From a virus (lineage: Duplodnaviria; Heunggongvirae; Uroviricota; Caudoviricetes), in IMG/VR virus record IMGVR_UViG_3300028797_000094, positions 1 through 38,523 of that record: 38,523 nucleotides of DNA; one strand, 5' to 3'. The notes beneath the pieces are model-generated. The model had not been told where the DNA came from. It ran no database searches and saw only the letters and a program-made list of their open reading frames with translations. The stretch's first letter is position 1, and each line of letters begins with the position of its first letter. Of this stretch, positions 19,468-30,630 are shown in pieces. A program made the position numbers and the translations under genes.

Positions 19468-22080
19468 ATGGCACTTCCAGAAGATTTTATTTTAGATAAA
19501 TATGTACCCACAAAGCAAGATTTTGAAGATGTTTTAGATGCCAAAAGTACTGGTGCACCACTACAATCAAAATGTACAACTGGTCCTAATAATAATAGAC
19601 CATATTATTATAAAAAGGTCAGAATCTTATTAGTAGCTATATTATTGGGCTGGCCAGAAGCTGTAGAAAGCTTAAAAAAAACTTTAACAACTTATGATGG
19701 GTTTGATATTAAACAATTAAAAGAAATTTTAATAGCTATGAGCAAGCCTCCTTATACAAATGCTTATATAGATAGTTTTGAATACTATAAAAAATTAAAT
19801 GTAAAAGCTCCAGAAAATATTGGAAATATTCAAATACGAGTTAAAAATCAAAATGCTTCATATTTTAGATTAATTACTTATGATATGACTTATGCTACTG
19901 GTGGTAAAAGTGGTACTCGTCGTCATTTATACTTTGGTAAAAAAGTTGGTGATGAATATAAAATTGTTGTTCGTGGAGCCGATGGTGGTGAAAAGTCTTC
20001 TTTTGATGAACCAGTATTTGCAACTATACAAGAAGCTAAGGATTTTGCAGTAAATGTACAAAAAAATCCTATGAAGACAAAAACTAATTTAGGTGCTTGA
20101 AAATATGTAATTAGTGATAAACTTATTGACTATGGTTGAGACTGAGATACACAAAAAAAGAAACAAATAACTGATTTATCAAAAGCCGCTAAGGTTGATA
20201 CAATCTGCGGCCCTGCTTATATTTTTATAAATAGTAAATGTTATGTAGAAAATATGAAAGGAAGTATTAATATGAATACTTTGAATGAAGCAAGTCTTAG
20301 TTACCCGGAACAAAGGGAAAAAATGAGAAAACTTGATGCTGGCACACGTGGATTTAATGTTGCAGCAGCAAGTTATGAAAAAGTTAGATACAATTATAGA
20401 CTGTGCGTTAGTGAAGGTTTTTTAAGAGCTAAAGATTATATTGAGTCTGAACTTCGTAAAATTGGTAGATTGGATTGAATTAAAGATTTGATGCCACAAC
20501 AACCAAAGCCTGCACCACAACCACAACCACAACAACCAACTTTACCAGTACTTACAACACGCGATTTCCATTATGCTGACTTTGCATTTGTAAGAAATAA
20601 TATTGATGAAGATGTTATAAATGATGTTGCAGACCTTGAAAATGCAGTTTTAAAATTAATTTATGCAATAGTATTAAAACGTAAAAATTTAGTTGATGAA
20701 TTAAGAAAATTAATTGTAACTAAATGAAATATTAAAATGGAAGACTTAAAAAAGACAATTACTGATGCTTTAAATGATCAAGCTATTTTACAAGATATTA
20801 CAAATATTGTTAATTTTAAAGAATCTAATGAAAGTTTAGAGGAAGATACTGAAAAAATTAAAGCTGGTAAGTGAGTTAATAAAGGTAAGGAAGGAACTCA
20901 TGGAACTTTTAAAACTAAAAAAGCTGCAGATGCTCAAAGAAAAGCAATGTTTGCAAATGGTTTTTCAGAAGAATATATTAATAAATTAGCAGAAGTATTA
21001 CAAGATCCTAAATACACTGATGTTAAAGAATATTTAAATAATGTAAAACCCAGTGAAGAATTAGAAGAAAAAGTAGAAAAGCATGATACTTTAAATCCTG
21101 TTTTATTTGATGCAAATAATAAACTTTTACCAGAAGTAAGAGAAAAATTATTAGCTATTGCAAAAGAATTTACTGATGGTTTAGAAGAAGATGAAATTAA
21201 ATTTAATTTAAAAGATATTAAATTAGTTGGTTCAAATTGTTCTTATAATTATAATGAAAATTCTGATTTAGATTTACATCTTGTTGCTGAAACTGAATCT
21301 TTAAATTGTCCAGATAATTTATATCCATTATTATATTCGGCTTATCGTAGTATATTTAATAATAAGTTTGACCCAATTATTCATGGAATTCCTGTAGAAT
21401 TATTTGTAGAAACAGAAGAAACAGAACAAATTGATAATAAAGAAATTACTGAAGAAAGACAAAAATCTGCTTTAAATTCTGCTGGTATTTATTCAGTATT
21501 AAATGATGAATGAATTAAAGAACCTGAACAAGCAGATATTCCTGAAATTGATCAAGCTGAATTAGATAAGTTAGTTCAACCTTGAATTGATAAATATAAT
21601 GAAATTAAATTAAATCCAACAGTTGAAGCTATTGAAAAGTATATTGAAGATATTTATGAAATTAGAAAAGCTGGTATTGCTCGTTCTGAATATGATTTAG
21701 ATAATTTAACTTTCAAAGAAGTTCGTGGTCTTGGCTATTTAGATGAATTAAAAGATTTAAGAAATGAATTAAGATCTAAAGAATTAAGTTTAGAAAGCTT
21801 AGAAGAAAGATTAGATGAAAGAACAAGAAGAGAATATCAAATTAAAATTTCACAAATTGCACATGATCAAGCAATTGTTGATGAAAATAATAATTTCTCT
21901 ATTCACTTAGTTAAAGAATCTGATGTTGATCAAATTCTAAGAGGCTTGCGTCAATTAGATTTTGTTTATGATTTAAATAAAATTGCTGGAAAGTTTGATT
22001 TTAGTCATCCAACATTTACAGGAAATCAACCAAGATATTGAACAATTCGTGGTAGAATTAAAGAAAAAGAGGACTTATAA
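19468..22080 (+). CDS. Large multi-domain protein with Pol-beta-superfamily nucleotidyltransferase domain (870 aa, about 9 TGA)
   Basis: Four track fragments are in one frame. LVGSNCSYNYNENSDLDLHLV (hGS..DxD), PVELFVE and AGIYSVLNDE(W)IKEP. Confidence 0.8.
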
Positions 22081-22098
22081 GAGTCCCCTTTTATTTTT
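22067..22098 (+). terminator. Putative intrinsic terminator
   Basis: GGACT-tataag-AGTCC stem with flanking A/T runs. Confidence 0.5.
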
Positions 22099-22108
22099 AA
22101 TAAATATA

Positions 22109-22120
22109 TTTGCTAAATTA
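22109..22120 (+). promoter_or_regulatory. TTTGCTAAATTA motif copy 4
   Basis: Intergenic; extends as TTTGCTAAATTATACGTAAAATAA, identical to the copy at 37671. Confidence 0.7.
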
Positions 22121-22156
22121 TACGTAAAATAAAAATTCTTTATAAAGGAGACCAGT

Positions 22157-23923
22157 ATGCTTTTAGAGGAATTAGTAAATATCGAAGAACGTACTTGAGA
22201 TTATGATGATATTAAATATTGAATTAATCCAAAAGATAATACTTGTAATGCAACTATTATTTTTAATGGAAGAAGCTCAAGATTACGTGCTGGCATTATT
22301 ATTTTAAAAGACGATGAAATTTTACTTGGTGAAGAAGCTGATGAGCCTGGCGTATTTAGTTTGCCTGGTGGTGGATTAGAAGAAGGCGAAACTCCTATCG
22401 AAGCTGCTGTTCGTGAAGCGCAAGAAGAAGTTTATATCAATGTAAAAGATGCAGTTGATACAAAATTTGATTATTGTGAATGTCATGATGAAGTAAAAGA
22501 TTGAGTTAGGGATAATGTTCCAGATGAAGAATGGTGATATAATTATTATACATGCTTAATTATTGCAACATATAATGGTAAATATAAAGGCAAAGTTGAT
22601 AAAGTTGACCAAGATAAACCAATGAAAAATTCTGCTAAATGATATAAAATTGATGAAGTAATTAATGACCCATCATTTAAAGAACAATGGAAAAAAGCAA
22701 TTGAAGCTTACAAAACATATCCACTAGATGAAGCCGTTAATTTCCATCATTATACTTATGAAGGTCCTGTTTATGTTTTTAATGATTATATTGGTGAAAC
22801 TAATTTAGAAACAAGAGCAGTATCTTTTGCTAAAGCTAAAAATAATTTAATTTTCCAAGCAGCAAGTAAGTTTGGTTATGATAGAGCAGCTGGTGCAAAA
22901 ATTAAAATTAATTCAGATTTAATAGTAGATGAAGATGAAAAAGATTTTAAAGATATTGAACCAATAGCAACAGATAATAGAAAACGTTGTCCAAACTGTG
23001 GAACTCATTTAAATGATGCTGGTGAATGTCCAGTATGTGACTTGGGTGATGAAGATATGCTTTATGAAAGTTTATTATTAGAAGATACTCGTGCTCAACT
23101 TGCTAATGCTTCTAAAAATGCTGGTGAATATAAAAATAAAGTACGTGGCAAAAATCGTTGAGAAAGAAAGAAATATTCTAAAGTTTCAACTCAAGTAAAA
23201 AGTTATAATCAAATTAATATGAATGAATTCTTCAAACAAGATATTCTTCAAATTAAAATTCCTGTTCAAGGTGAGACTGATGAATATACTGTAACTATTA
23301 AACTTGAAGGTGTTGTTGAAGAAATTGCAAGACATATTAAACAACATAATAATCAATTTGAATTTAAAACTGTTTTACAGTCATTAACAAAAATATTTAA
23401 TACTAAAAATGTTTATGTAAAATGTACTTGTGAAGATTTCCAATATCGTTTTAATCACTGGTCAATTATAAATAATTATGGTGTTGATGATACTTCAAAA
23501 GACCCAGGCCCTGGAAAAGGAATTGCAAATCCTGCTAATGATAAAGGAAAAGGTTGTAAACATATTTTATTGTGTTTAGCAAATGGTTCTTGAATAATGA
23601 AAGTTACTTCTGTTATTATGAATTATTGTAATTATGCTGCAGAAAATATGAAACAACCATTCTTAAAATTAATATTCCCTAAATTATATGGAATTCCTGC
23701 AGATGAAGCTATTGAAGATAATTTAGTTCCAGAAGATACAGATTTACAATCAGATACTAATTTAATTGATACAATTAATAGCTGAGCTAAAGACCGTGGT
23801 AAATTTAAGAAAGGCTCTAATAAAAATCCTATTACTAATACTGGTGGTAGACAAAAGAAAGTAGAAGAACCAGAAGGAAAAGATACTGATAAAGAAGAGC
23901 CTGAGGAAAAGAGCGAAGAATAA
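22157..23923 (+). CDS. Nudix hydrolase + Zn ribbon + SWIM-domain fusion protein (588 aa, about 8 TGA)
   Basis: Nudix box LPGGGLEEGETPIEAAVREAQEEVY, CPNCG..CPVC, and SWIM motif VKCTCEDF...GCKHIL. Confidence 0.85.
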
Positions 23924-23949
23924 AATAGTTTTAAAAATATTGTATAATA
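23921..23949 (+). promoter_or_regulatory. 29-bp element ending TTGTATAAT, near-identical to 914..942 (second promoter class)
   Basis: 27/29 identity with 914..942; contains TATAAT; lies upstream of the terminase RBS. Confidence 0.55.
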
Positions 23950-23969
23950 TATAAAGGAGATTCAACCAG

Positions 23970-26036
23970 ATGATGTCTGATGAACAAGAATTATTACAGC
24001 AATCTTTAGCTGGATTATCTCCTGAAGAACGTGCACAGGTTTTAAAAATCTTACAACAATATGCACAAGAAGGAGAATCTGCTTTAGAAGAAGACTTAAA
24101 ATGAGCTGACTGAAAAGAAATTCCTGTTGATATAGAAACATTTATTCATGATCAACAATATCTTGGTAAAGGTTTATATGATGCAGAAGGTCGTTTTACA
24201 GTTTACCCATATTGAGAAGAAAAGTTAAAAGAAGTTTTTCCAACTAATACAACTACCAGATACAATAATATTGTGTTAACTGGTTCTATTGGTATTGGTA
24301 AATCTTTCTTTGCTGTTCTTTGTATTTTATATATGCTTTATAGAATTATGTGCCTAAAAGACCCTTATACTTTTTTTGGTTTACAATCTATTGATAAGCT
24401 TTCTATTTCATTTATGAATATTACAATTGAAAATGCTAAAGGTGTAGCACTTTCAAAAATGAATGAACTATTATTATCAAGTGATTGATTTATGGCACAT
24501 GGCGAAATGAGAGGTGTAACTAATTTAGTTTATCATCCAGATGCACGTATTGAATTTATTGCTTCATCAAGTAATAATCAAATCATAGGTCGTTGTATTA
24601 TTTGTAATTTTTCAGATGAAGTTAACTTCTCAACAACAAGTAATGTTGAAAAAGCCAAAAGAAAAATGCTTAAACTTATTACACAAGTTGATGCCCGTAT
24701 GCGTTCACGTTTCTTACGTGGAACTTATTTACCAACTTTAAATATTTTAGCTTCTTCAAAAGATACAGACCAAGCATTCTTAGATGATTATATTAAGAAT
24801 AAACGTGAAACAAATTCTCAAACTACTTTAATTGTAGATGAACCGCAATGGGTAGTTGATGACCGTAAAAATTCTGATAGAAAATTCTGAGTTGCAGTTG
24901 GTAATAAATTTTTATCAAATGAGTTATTACCACTTGATGTTTCTCCAGAAAAAATTGAAGAAATGCGTGGTCAAGGTTATGACATGTGGGAAGTTCCTAT
25001 TGGATATTTAGAAACTTTCCAACAAAACTTAGATGAAGCAATTTGTAGTATCATCGGTATTGCTACTGCAAGTACTTTAAAATATATTTCTGGTGAAAGA
25101 TTAAATCAAACAAAAACTGATAGTTATCAAAATCCATTTACAAAAGACGTTATTGAAGTTGGAAATGGAATTGAAGATCATTATCAATATTCTAATTTCT
25201 TTGATTTATCTAAGGTTTCACCAGATGATTTAAGAAAACCTTTATTTATGCACCTTGACTTGTCTTTGTCAGGAGACATGACTGGTATTGCTGGTGTATG
25301 AATTGATGGTTGGAAACAAACTGCTAAAGTAATTCCTGGACAAACATCTGCAGAAGATGAAATTAGTTATTCAAGGGATTTACAATATAAATTAGCATTC
25401 TCTGTTTCTGTTAAAGCTCCAAAAGGTTTTCAAGTATCGTTTGAAAAAACAAGAAACTTTATTAGATGACTTCGTGAACAAGGTTTTGATATTAAAGTAA
25501 TTTCATCAGATACATTTAACAGTGCTAATATTCGTCAAGATTTAGCAGCTGATGGATTTAAGACTGAAATACTTTCTGTCGACCGTGTTGAAGCTTCTAC
25601 TAAAACACAACTTGCTTATGCATATTTTAAAACAGCAATTTATGAACGCCGTATTAAAATATATAAGAAATGTGATTTATTAACAAAAGAAATTACTGAA
25701 CTTGAAAAACTTTCTGATGGTCATATTGAGCACCAAAATGCTGGTAAAACTGGTTCAAAAGACCAATGTGATGCAGTATGTGGTAGTTTATATATGGCAA
25801 GTAAATACTCAGAACAATATTCATATGAATATGGTGATCAACTAATTGAAGATATTAATGTCAATTTAGAAGATACTAATAATTCAATGGATAAAGCTAC
25901 ATTTATTCAAAATTTACAAAATGATTTACTTCAGATATGGCAAGAAGAAAATAAGGCTTTTAAAAACGCCGAGTTAAGAGACCAAGAAGAAGAATTATCA
26001 CTACAAGATATTGTAGATGGAATTATAGTCTTATAG
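23970..26036 (+). CDS. terL: Terminase large subunit (688 aa, about 7 TGA)
   Basis: Walker A VLTGSIGIGKS, Walker B NFSDEVN, ILASS motif III, nuclease MHLDLSLSGD, SSDTFNS and GSKDQCDAV. Directly upstream of the portal gene. Confidence 0.92.
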
Positions 26037-26045
26037 GAGAAAATT

Positions 26046-28154
26046 ATGGCTGAAGAAAAGAAAGAAAAAAACTTAACTAAACCAAAACAATCAAAGTCTA
26101 ATTTAACTGGTGCACAAGCTAAACCGACAGTCTTAGATAATACTGTTAAGTTAGATATTGATACTAAACAAACTTTAATAGATGATATTATTCAAGGTGG
26201 CTTAACTGGTGGCTTAGATATATCAAAGTTAGAAGAATTTACTGCTATTTCTAATAGTCGTGAACAAATTTATACTTTAATTGATACAATGGCTGCTGAC
26301 TCTGATGTTAGTGCAATTATTAAAGTATATGCTGAAGAAGCTACAGAAGCAGCTGATAATGGCCACGTTATTTGAGCCGAGTCAGATGATTCTAAAGTTA
26401 GTATGTATGTCAATTATTTATTAAATGTAATGAATGCTGACAAACAAATGTATAAATGAGCTTATAACTTAATTAAGTATGGTGATGTTTATTTAAGACT
26501 TTATCGTGAATCTGAATATCAAGATAGCTTATTTGATTCAAATACTATTAATAAAGTTTATAGTAGTAGAAATGTTTTAAATGAAGATTTAAATAAATTA
26601 TTAAGTGAAATTGCAAACCCAGTTGTTGCTGGAAATGCTGAATTAAATAGCTCAACTGATAAAGAAAAATTAGATGAAGCTGTTAGAATGAATATTCACT
26701 CACCAAGTGATCCTTATAGTTTATACATTGAAATGGTTGATGACCCTGGTACAATGTTTGAATTATGCAGACTTGGAAAAACATTTGGTTATGTAGAAGT
26801 TCCAAATGATGATAGTCAAAATAACTATTTAAATAACTATTTAGTTAATACAAATGGTAATATGAATTCATTAGTTGGAAACTATAGAATGAAATCTAAT
26901 GATGTTAATATTTATCAAGCTGATGACTTTGTTCATGCTTGCTTAGAAGATTCAAATTCTCGTTATCCTGAAAAGATTGAATTATTTAAAGTTGATGAGA
27001 ATGACCCTGAAAAGACTTCTACTATAAGTTCATCTTATAATGTTCGTCGTGGTAAATCAATGCTTTATGACTCATATAAGATTTGGCGTGAAAAATCATT
27101 ACTTGAAGATGTTATTCTTTTAAACCGTGTTACTAAATCAAGTATTATTAGATTAATTCAAATTGAAGTTGGTAATATGGGTAAAGTTCAATCAAGAAAT
27201 GTTGCTAAACAAACAAAAGCTTTATTTGAACAAAAATCAGCAATTAATACAGATAAGTCATATGCAGAATATGCAAATATGGGTCCAGTAGAAAATAATG
27301 TTTATATTACTACTCATAATGGCCAAGGTGCTGTTTCAGTAAGTGCTGTTGGTGGTGATGTAGATGTTAAAGGTCTTGCTGACTTAGATAACTGGATTAA
27401 TAAATATTATTCAAGTTTTGGTATTCCAAAAGCATATTTTGGTTATACAGATGATGGCGCTGGTTTTAATGGTGGTACTTCACTTGCTATTATTTCAAGT
27501 GTATTTGCTAAAGGTGTTAAACATATTCAAAATGCTTTAATCCAGGCATTATCTGATGCTATTAACTTAATCTTAGTTAATAAAGGATTAATGTCGTATT
27601 TAAATAACTTTACATTAAAAATGCAAGCACCAATTTCACAAGAAGAATTAGACTTTAGAGCAAACTTCAGTGAAAGAATTAATGCAGTAAGTAATTTCCA
27701 AGGTCTATTATCAAATGTTGAAACTCGTTCAAGACAATTAGAAATTGCTAAACAATTAGTTGCAAAACTAAATTATGGCGATGAAATTCTTGATATATTA
27801 GATAAAGAAATTAAAGCTGCCCAAGCTGCCGAAGAAAAAGCGGAAAAAGAAGCTGAAGCTGAAGCTGCTGCAAATGCAGGTGGAGGCGAAGCTGGTGGCG
27901 GAGACCTTGACCTTGACTTAGGTGGAGGTGAAGAAACTGGTGGTGAAGAAGTTGGTGGTGGAGAAGACTTAGACTTAGACTTAGGTAATTCTTCTGAGGC
28001 TCCAATGGAAAGCTTTAAGCCAGCTGAAGAAGCTCAACCATTAATTGAAGATATGGACTTAGATTTAGACCAATCAGATTTCTTAACAGAAGATGACAGT
28101 CTACCAACTCCAGAAGAACTTGATAAAGATAAAGACTTTTCAAGAAATAATTAA
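26046..28154 (+). CDS. Portal protein, T4 gp20-like (702 aa, 2 TGA)
   Basis: K(W)AYNLIKYGDVY, RGKSMLYDSYKIW..LLEDVILLNRVTKSSIIRLIQIEVGNM and SFGIPKAYF. Acidic Gly-rich tail. Confidence 0.9.
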
Positions 28155-28182
28155 TTAGGCTAACTGAAAGGAAAAATGATAT

Positions 28183-28653
28183 ATGATTACAAAAGAAGAT
28201 TGCATGTCAATTTTAGTTAAGTTGGAAGATAAAGGTGTTGATATTAATCAGCAAATATTAAAACTTGCAACAGCTAAGGAAGTGCCTATTGATACTTTAA
28301 AGTTTATTGCATCTCATAAAGGAATTGAAGTTATTAATTTCTATGAAATGTTAAGAAAAAGTCATAATCAAAAGAAATCACCATTATATACTAATTTATT
28401 AAAAGAACAAACTGATACCGACGAAGTTTTAACTGTGCTTTCTTGTTTATTAACTCAAATTGTTTTATATAGTAAAAAACTTACTGATACTAGACAATCA
28501 TTTTTAAAAGAAGTTCGTGCAGAAGAAATTACAAAAGTATTAAATAATTATTTTAAAAATGATGATTTTACTACTTGTGAAAACTTATTAAAGTTAATTA
28601 GAACTGACATTCTTGTATTAGATTATATTAATGGCAGACGTGAATTAGCTTAG
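28183..28653 (+). CDS. Hypothetical protein (head module)
   Basis: AAGGA RBS; intact 156-aa ORF. Confidence 0.7.
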   Translation: MITKEDCMSILVKLEDKGVDINQQILKLATAKEVPIDTLKFIASHKGIEVINFYEMLRKSHNQKKSPLYTNLLKEQTDTDEVLTVLSCLLTQIVLYSKKLTDTRQSFLKEVRAEEITKVLNNYFKNDDFTTCENLLKLIRTDILVLDYINGRRELA

Positions 28654-28659
28654 GTTATA

Positions 28660-28671
28660 ATTGCTAAATTA
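28660..28671 (+). promoter_or_regulatory. aTTGCTAAATTA motif copy 5 (overlaps hairpin)
   Basis: 11/12 match; upstream of phoH. Confidence 0.6.
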
Positions 28672-28701
28672 ATTGAAGTTTCGGCTTCAATTAATTTTTT
28701 T
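28666..28701 (+). terminator. Intrinsic terminator with UUCG loop
   Basis: AAATTAATTGAAG-t-TTCG-g-CTTCAATTAATTT followed by a T-run. Confidence 0.75.
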
Positions 28702-28716
28702 ATATAAGGAGTTTCT

Positions 28717-29613
28717 ATGATAGAACAAAAGTACACAGGCTGAAAAAAATGAACTCCAACTCCAGAAGAATGAGTTGATTTTGCAGCTGAACAAATTGTT
28801 CCTTTTGAGCTTTTAGAAAACGAGTACTTATTAATTTATAATACTAAAAATGAACTAGAAGCTCAGTACATTAAAAAAGCTGGAAAGCTTAAAAAGATTG
28901 GTAGAAGTACAATTAAAATTGAACGAGAAGAAGAAAAGGAATTAATCATCACAGAAGGGCAAAAGAAAAAACGAACATCGACCAAGAAAAATAATGATGT
29001 TTATATGCCAAGAAATGATGAACAAATATGTGCTTTTAATTTAGTGAAAGATGATGATACTACAGTTAAATTATTATGTGGTACTTGAGGAACAGGTAAA
29101 ACAATGATACTTGTTGCTGCAGGTCTTGAAGCACTAAATCATGGAAAATTTGAAAAAATAATTTGAATTAGAAATAATGTTGATGTAGCAAATACTAAAG
29201 ATTTGGGAGCACTTCCTGGTGAAGTTATTGATAAGCTACTTCCATTCTTAGGACCATTTATTGATCACTGCGGAGAAAATAAAGTTAGAACAATGATTAA
29301 TAAAGGATCACTTTTAGTTGAGCCATTGCAATCTTTAAGAGGACGTAATTTTAAAAACTCATTAATTATATGTTCTGAATCAGAAAATTTAACTAAAGAA
29401 CATATACAATTAATTATTGCACGTGCTGCTGAAGGTAGTGAAGTCTGATTTGATGCTGACTTAAATCAACGTGATAAAAATGTATTTGAAAAATCAAAAG
29501 GTATTGAAACTTTAATAGATAGACTAAAAGGTAATGAACTTTTTGGTTATGTATATCTAATAAAATCAGAACGTTCTGCTACTGCAGCACTTGCTGATAA
29601 ATTAAACAATTAA
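28717..29613 (+). CDS. phoH: PhoH-family ATPase (298 aa, 6 TGA)
   Basis: PRNDEQ, CGT(W)GTGKT, DLGALPG, SLRGRNF, SESENLT, DADLNQRD and SERSATA. Confidence 0.93.
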
Positions 29614-29618
29614 ATTTG

Positions 29619-29659
29619 AAAGGGCTAAAATGAAAATTTTCAGCCCTTTTTCATTTTTT
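29619..29659 (+). terminator. Putative intrinsic terminator
   Basis: AAAGGGCT...AGCCCTTT inverted repeat followed by T-rich sequence. Confidence 0.65.
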
Positions 29660-29678
29660 CTAAAATATAATATAATTT

Positions 29679-29690
29679 TTTGCTAAATTA
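29679..29690 (+). promoter_or_regulatory. TTTGCTAAATTA motif copy 6
   Basis: Intergenic, after a terminator. Confidence 0.7.
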
Positions 29691-29745
29691 ATTGATTAGT
29701 TTAAGACTATCTAATTATTTAAAAATAAATAATAAGGAGACAAAT

Positions 29746-30612
29746 ATGAAGTTATTAAAGGATTATAAGTTAATTTATAGTGCTATTCGTGATGGTAAGT
29801 TAGGTATTTATGCTACAAAAGATTTTCCATCTGAAGATGATGCTAAACTTACTTTTGTAAACAAAGAAGGTAAAGAACTAACTGAAGAAGAATTAAAAGC
29901 TATTAAATTAGTTTATGTTAAAGATGGTTCTTTATGTTATAGTTTAGAAAATATTCCAACAGAAGATGCTGGTTCATTATATGCATATAGTAATGGTGAA
30001 TTAGTTTATGGTGATGAGGAAACTGCTCCAGATATTGATCCTGAACCTGAACCTGAACCTGAACCAGAACCTGAACCAGAAGTACTTGCTAAATGAGATT
30101 TAGTTAAAGATAAAGATAGTTGGGATGCTGCTTTCGCAGATGAAAATAGTGCATTAAGAAAATATTATGATTATTATGATGCTGCAAACTTCCCTTATCA
30201 AGAAGACTTATGGAATACAGTTGAAGATAGAGCTGCAACAGGCTTAGATATGTTAACTGAAGATGGCAGAGCTCCTTGAGATGGTGGTGTACCAGTAGTT
30301 GATGAAAATGGTCATTCGATTTATACCAACTGTGTACGTTGCTGGAAAGGTGCTGTAAATGCTCCTGGTGCTGTTTATCCTTGGGCTGTAATTGCTCCAG
30401 AAGCTGGCTTTGAAGGTAAAATTAGATTCAACTATAAAGATGAAGAAGCTGTTTATCCTTGGGGCGAAGAAGACAAAGTATTTGGTAGAGGCTTTGCAAT
30501 AGCTTCAATTCCAAATGAATTAGGTAAACCTGAACTTAAAGTTAATGAAGCTGGCGAAGCTGACTTAGCAATTAATAAAGAAGACTTAGTTATTACATTA
30601 GTTAGAAAGTAA
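29746..30612 (+). CDS. Putative capsid decoration/surface protein A (288 aa, 2 TGA)
   Basis: N-terminal ~92 aa is paralogous to the next gene, followed by a (PE)n linker and a Trp/Tyr-rich C-terminal domain. Located in the head module. Confidence 0.55.
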
Positions 30613-30630
30613 TCATTTAAGGAGATAACT

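Noticed and set aside
30040-30080. CCTGAA/CCAGAA tandem repeat, plus similar repeats at about 16366-16425 and 27890-27990
   Set aside because: They encode ordinary low-complexity linkers (PEPEPE, GEVSG, GGDLDLDL).
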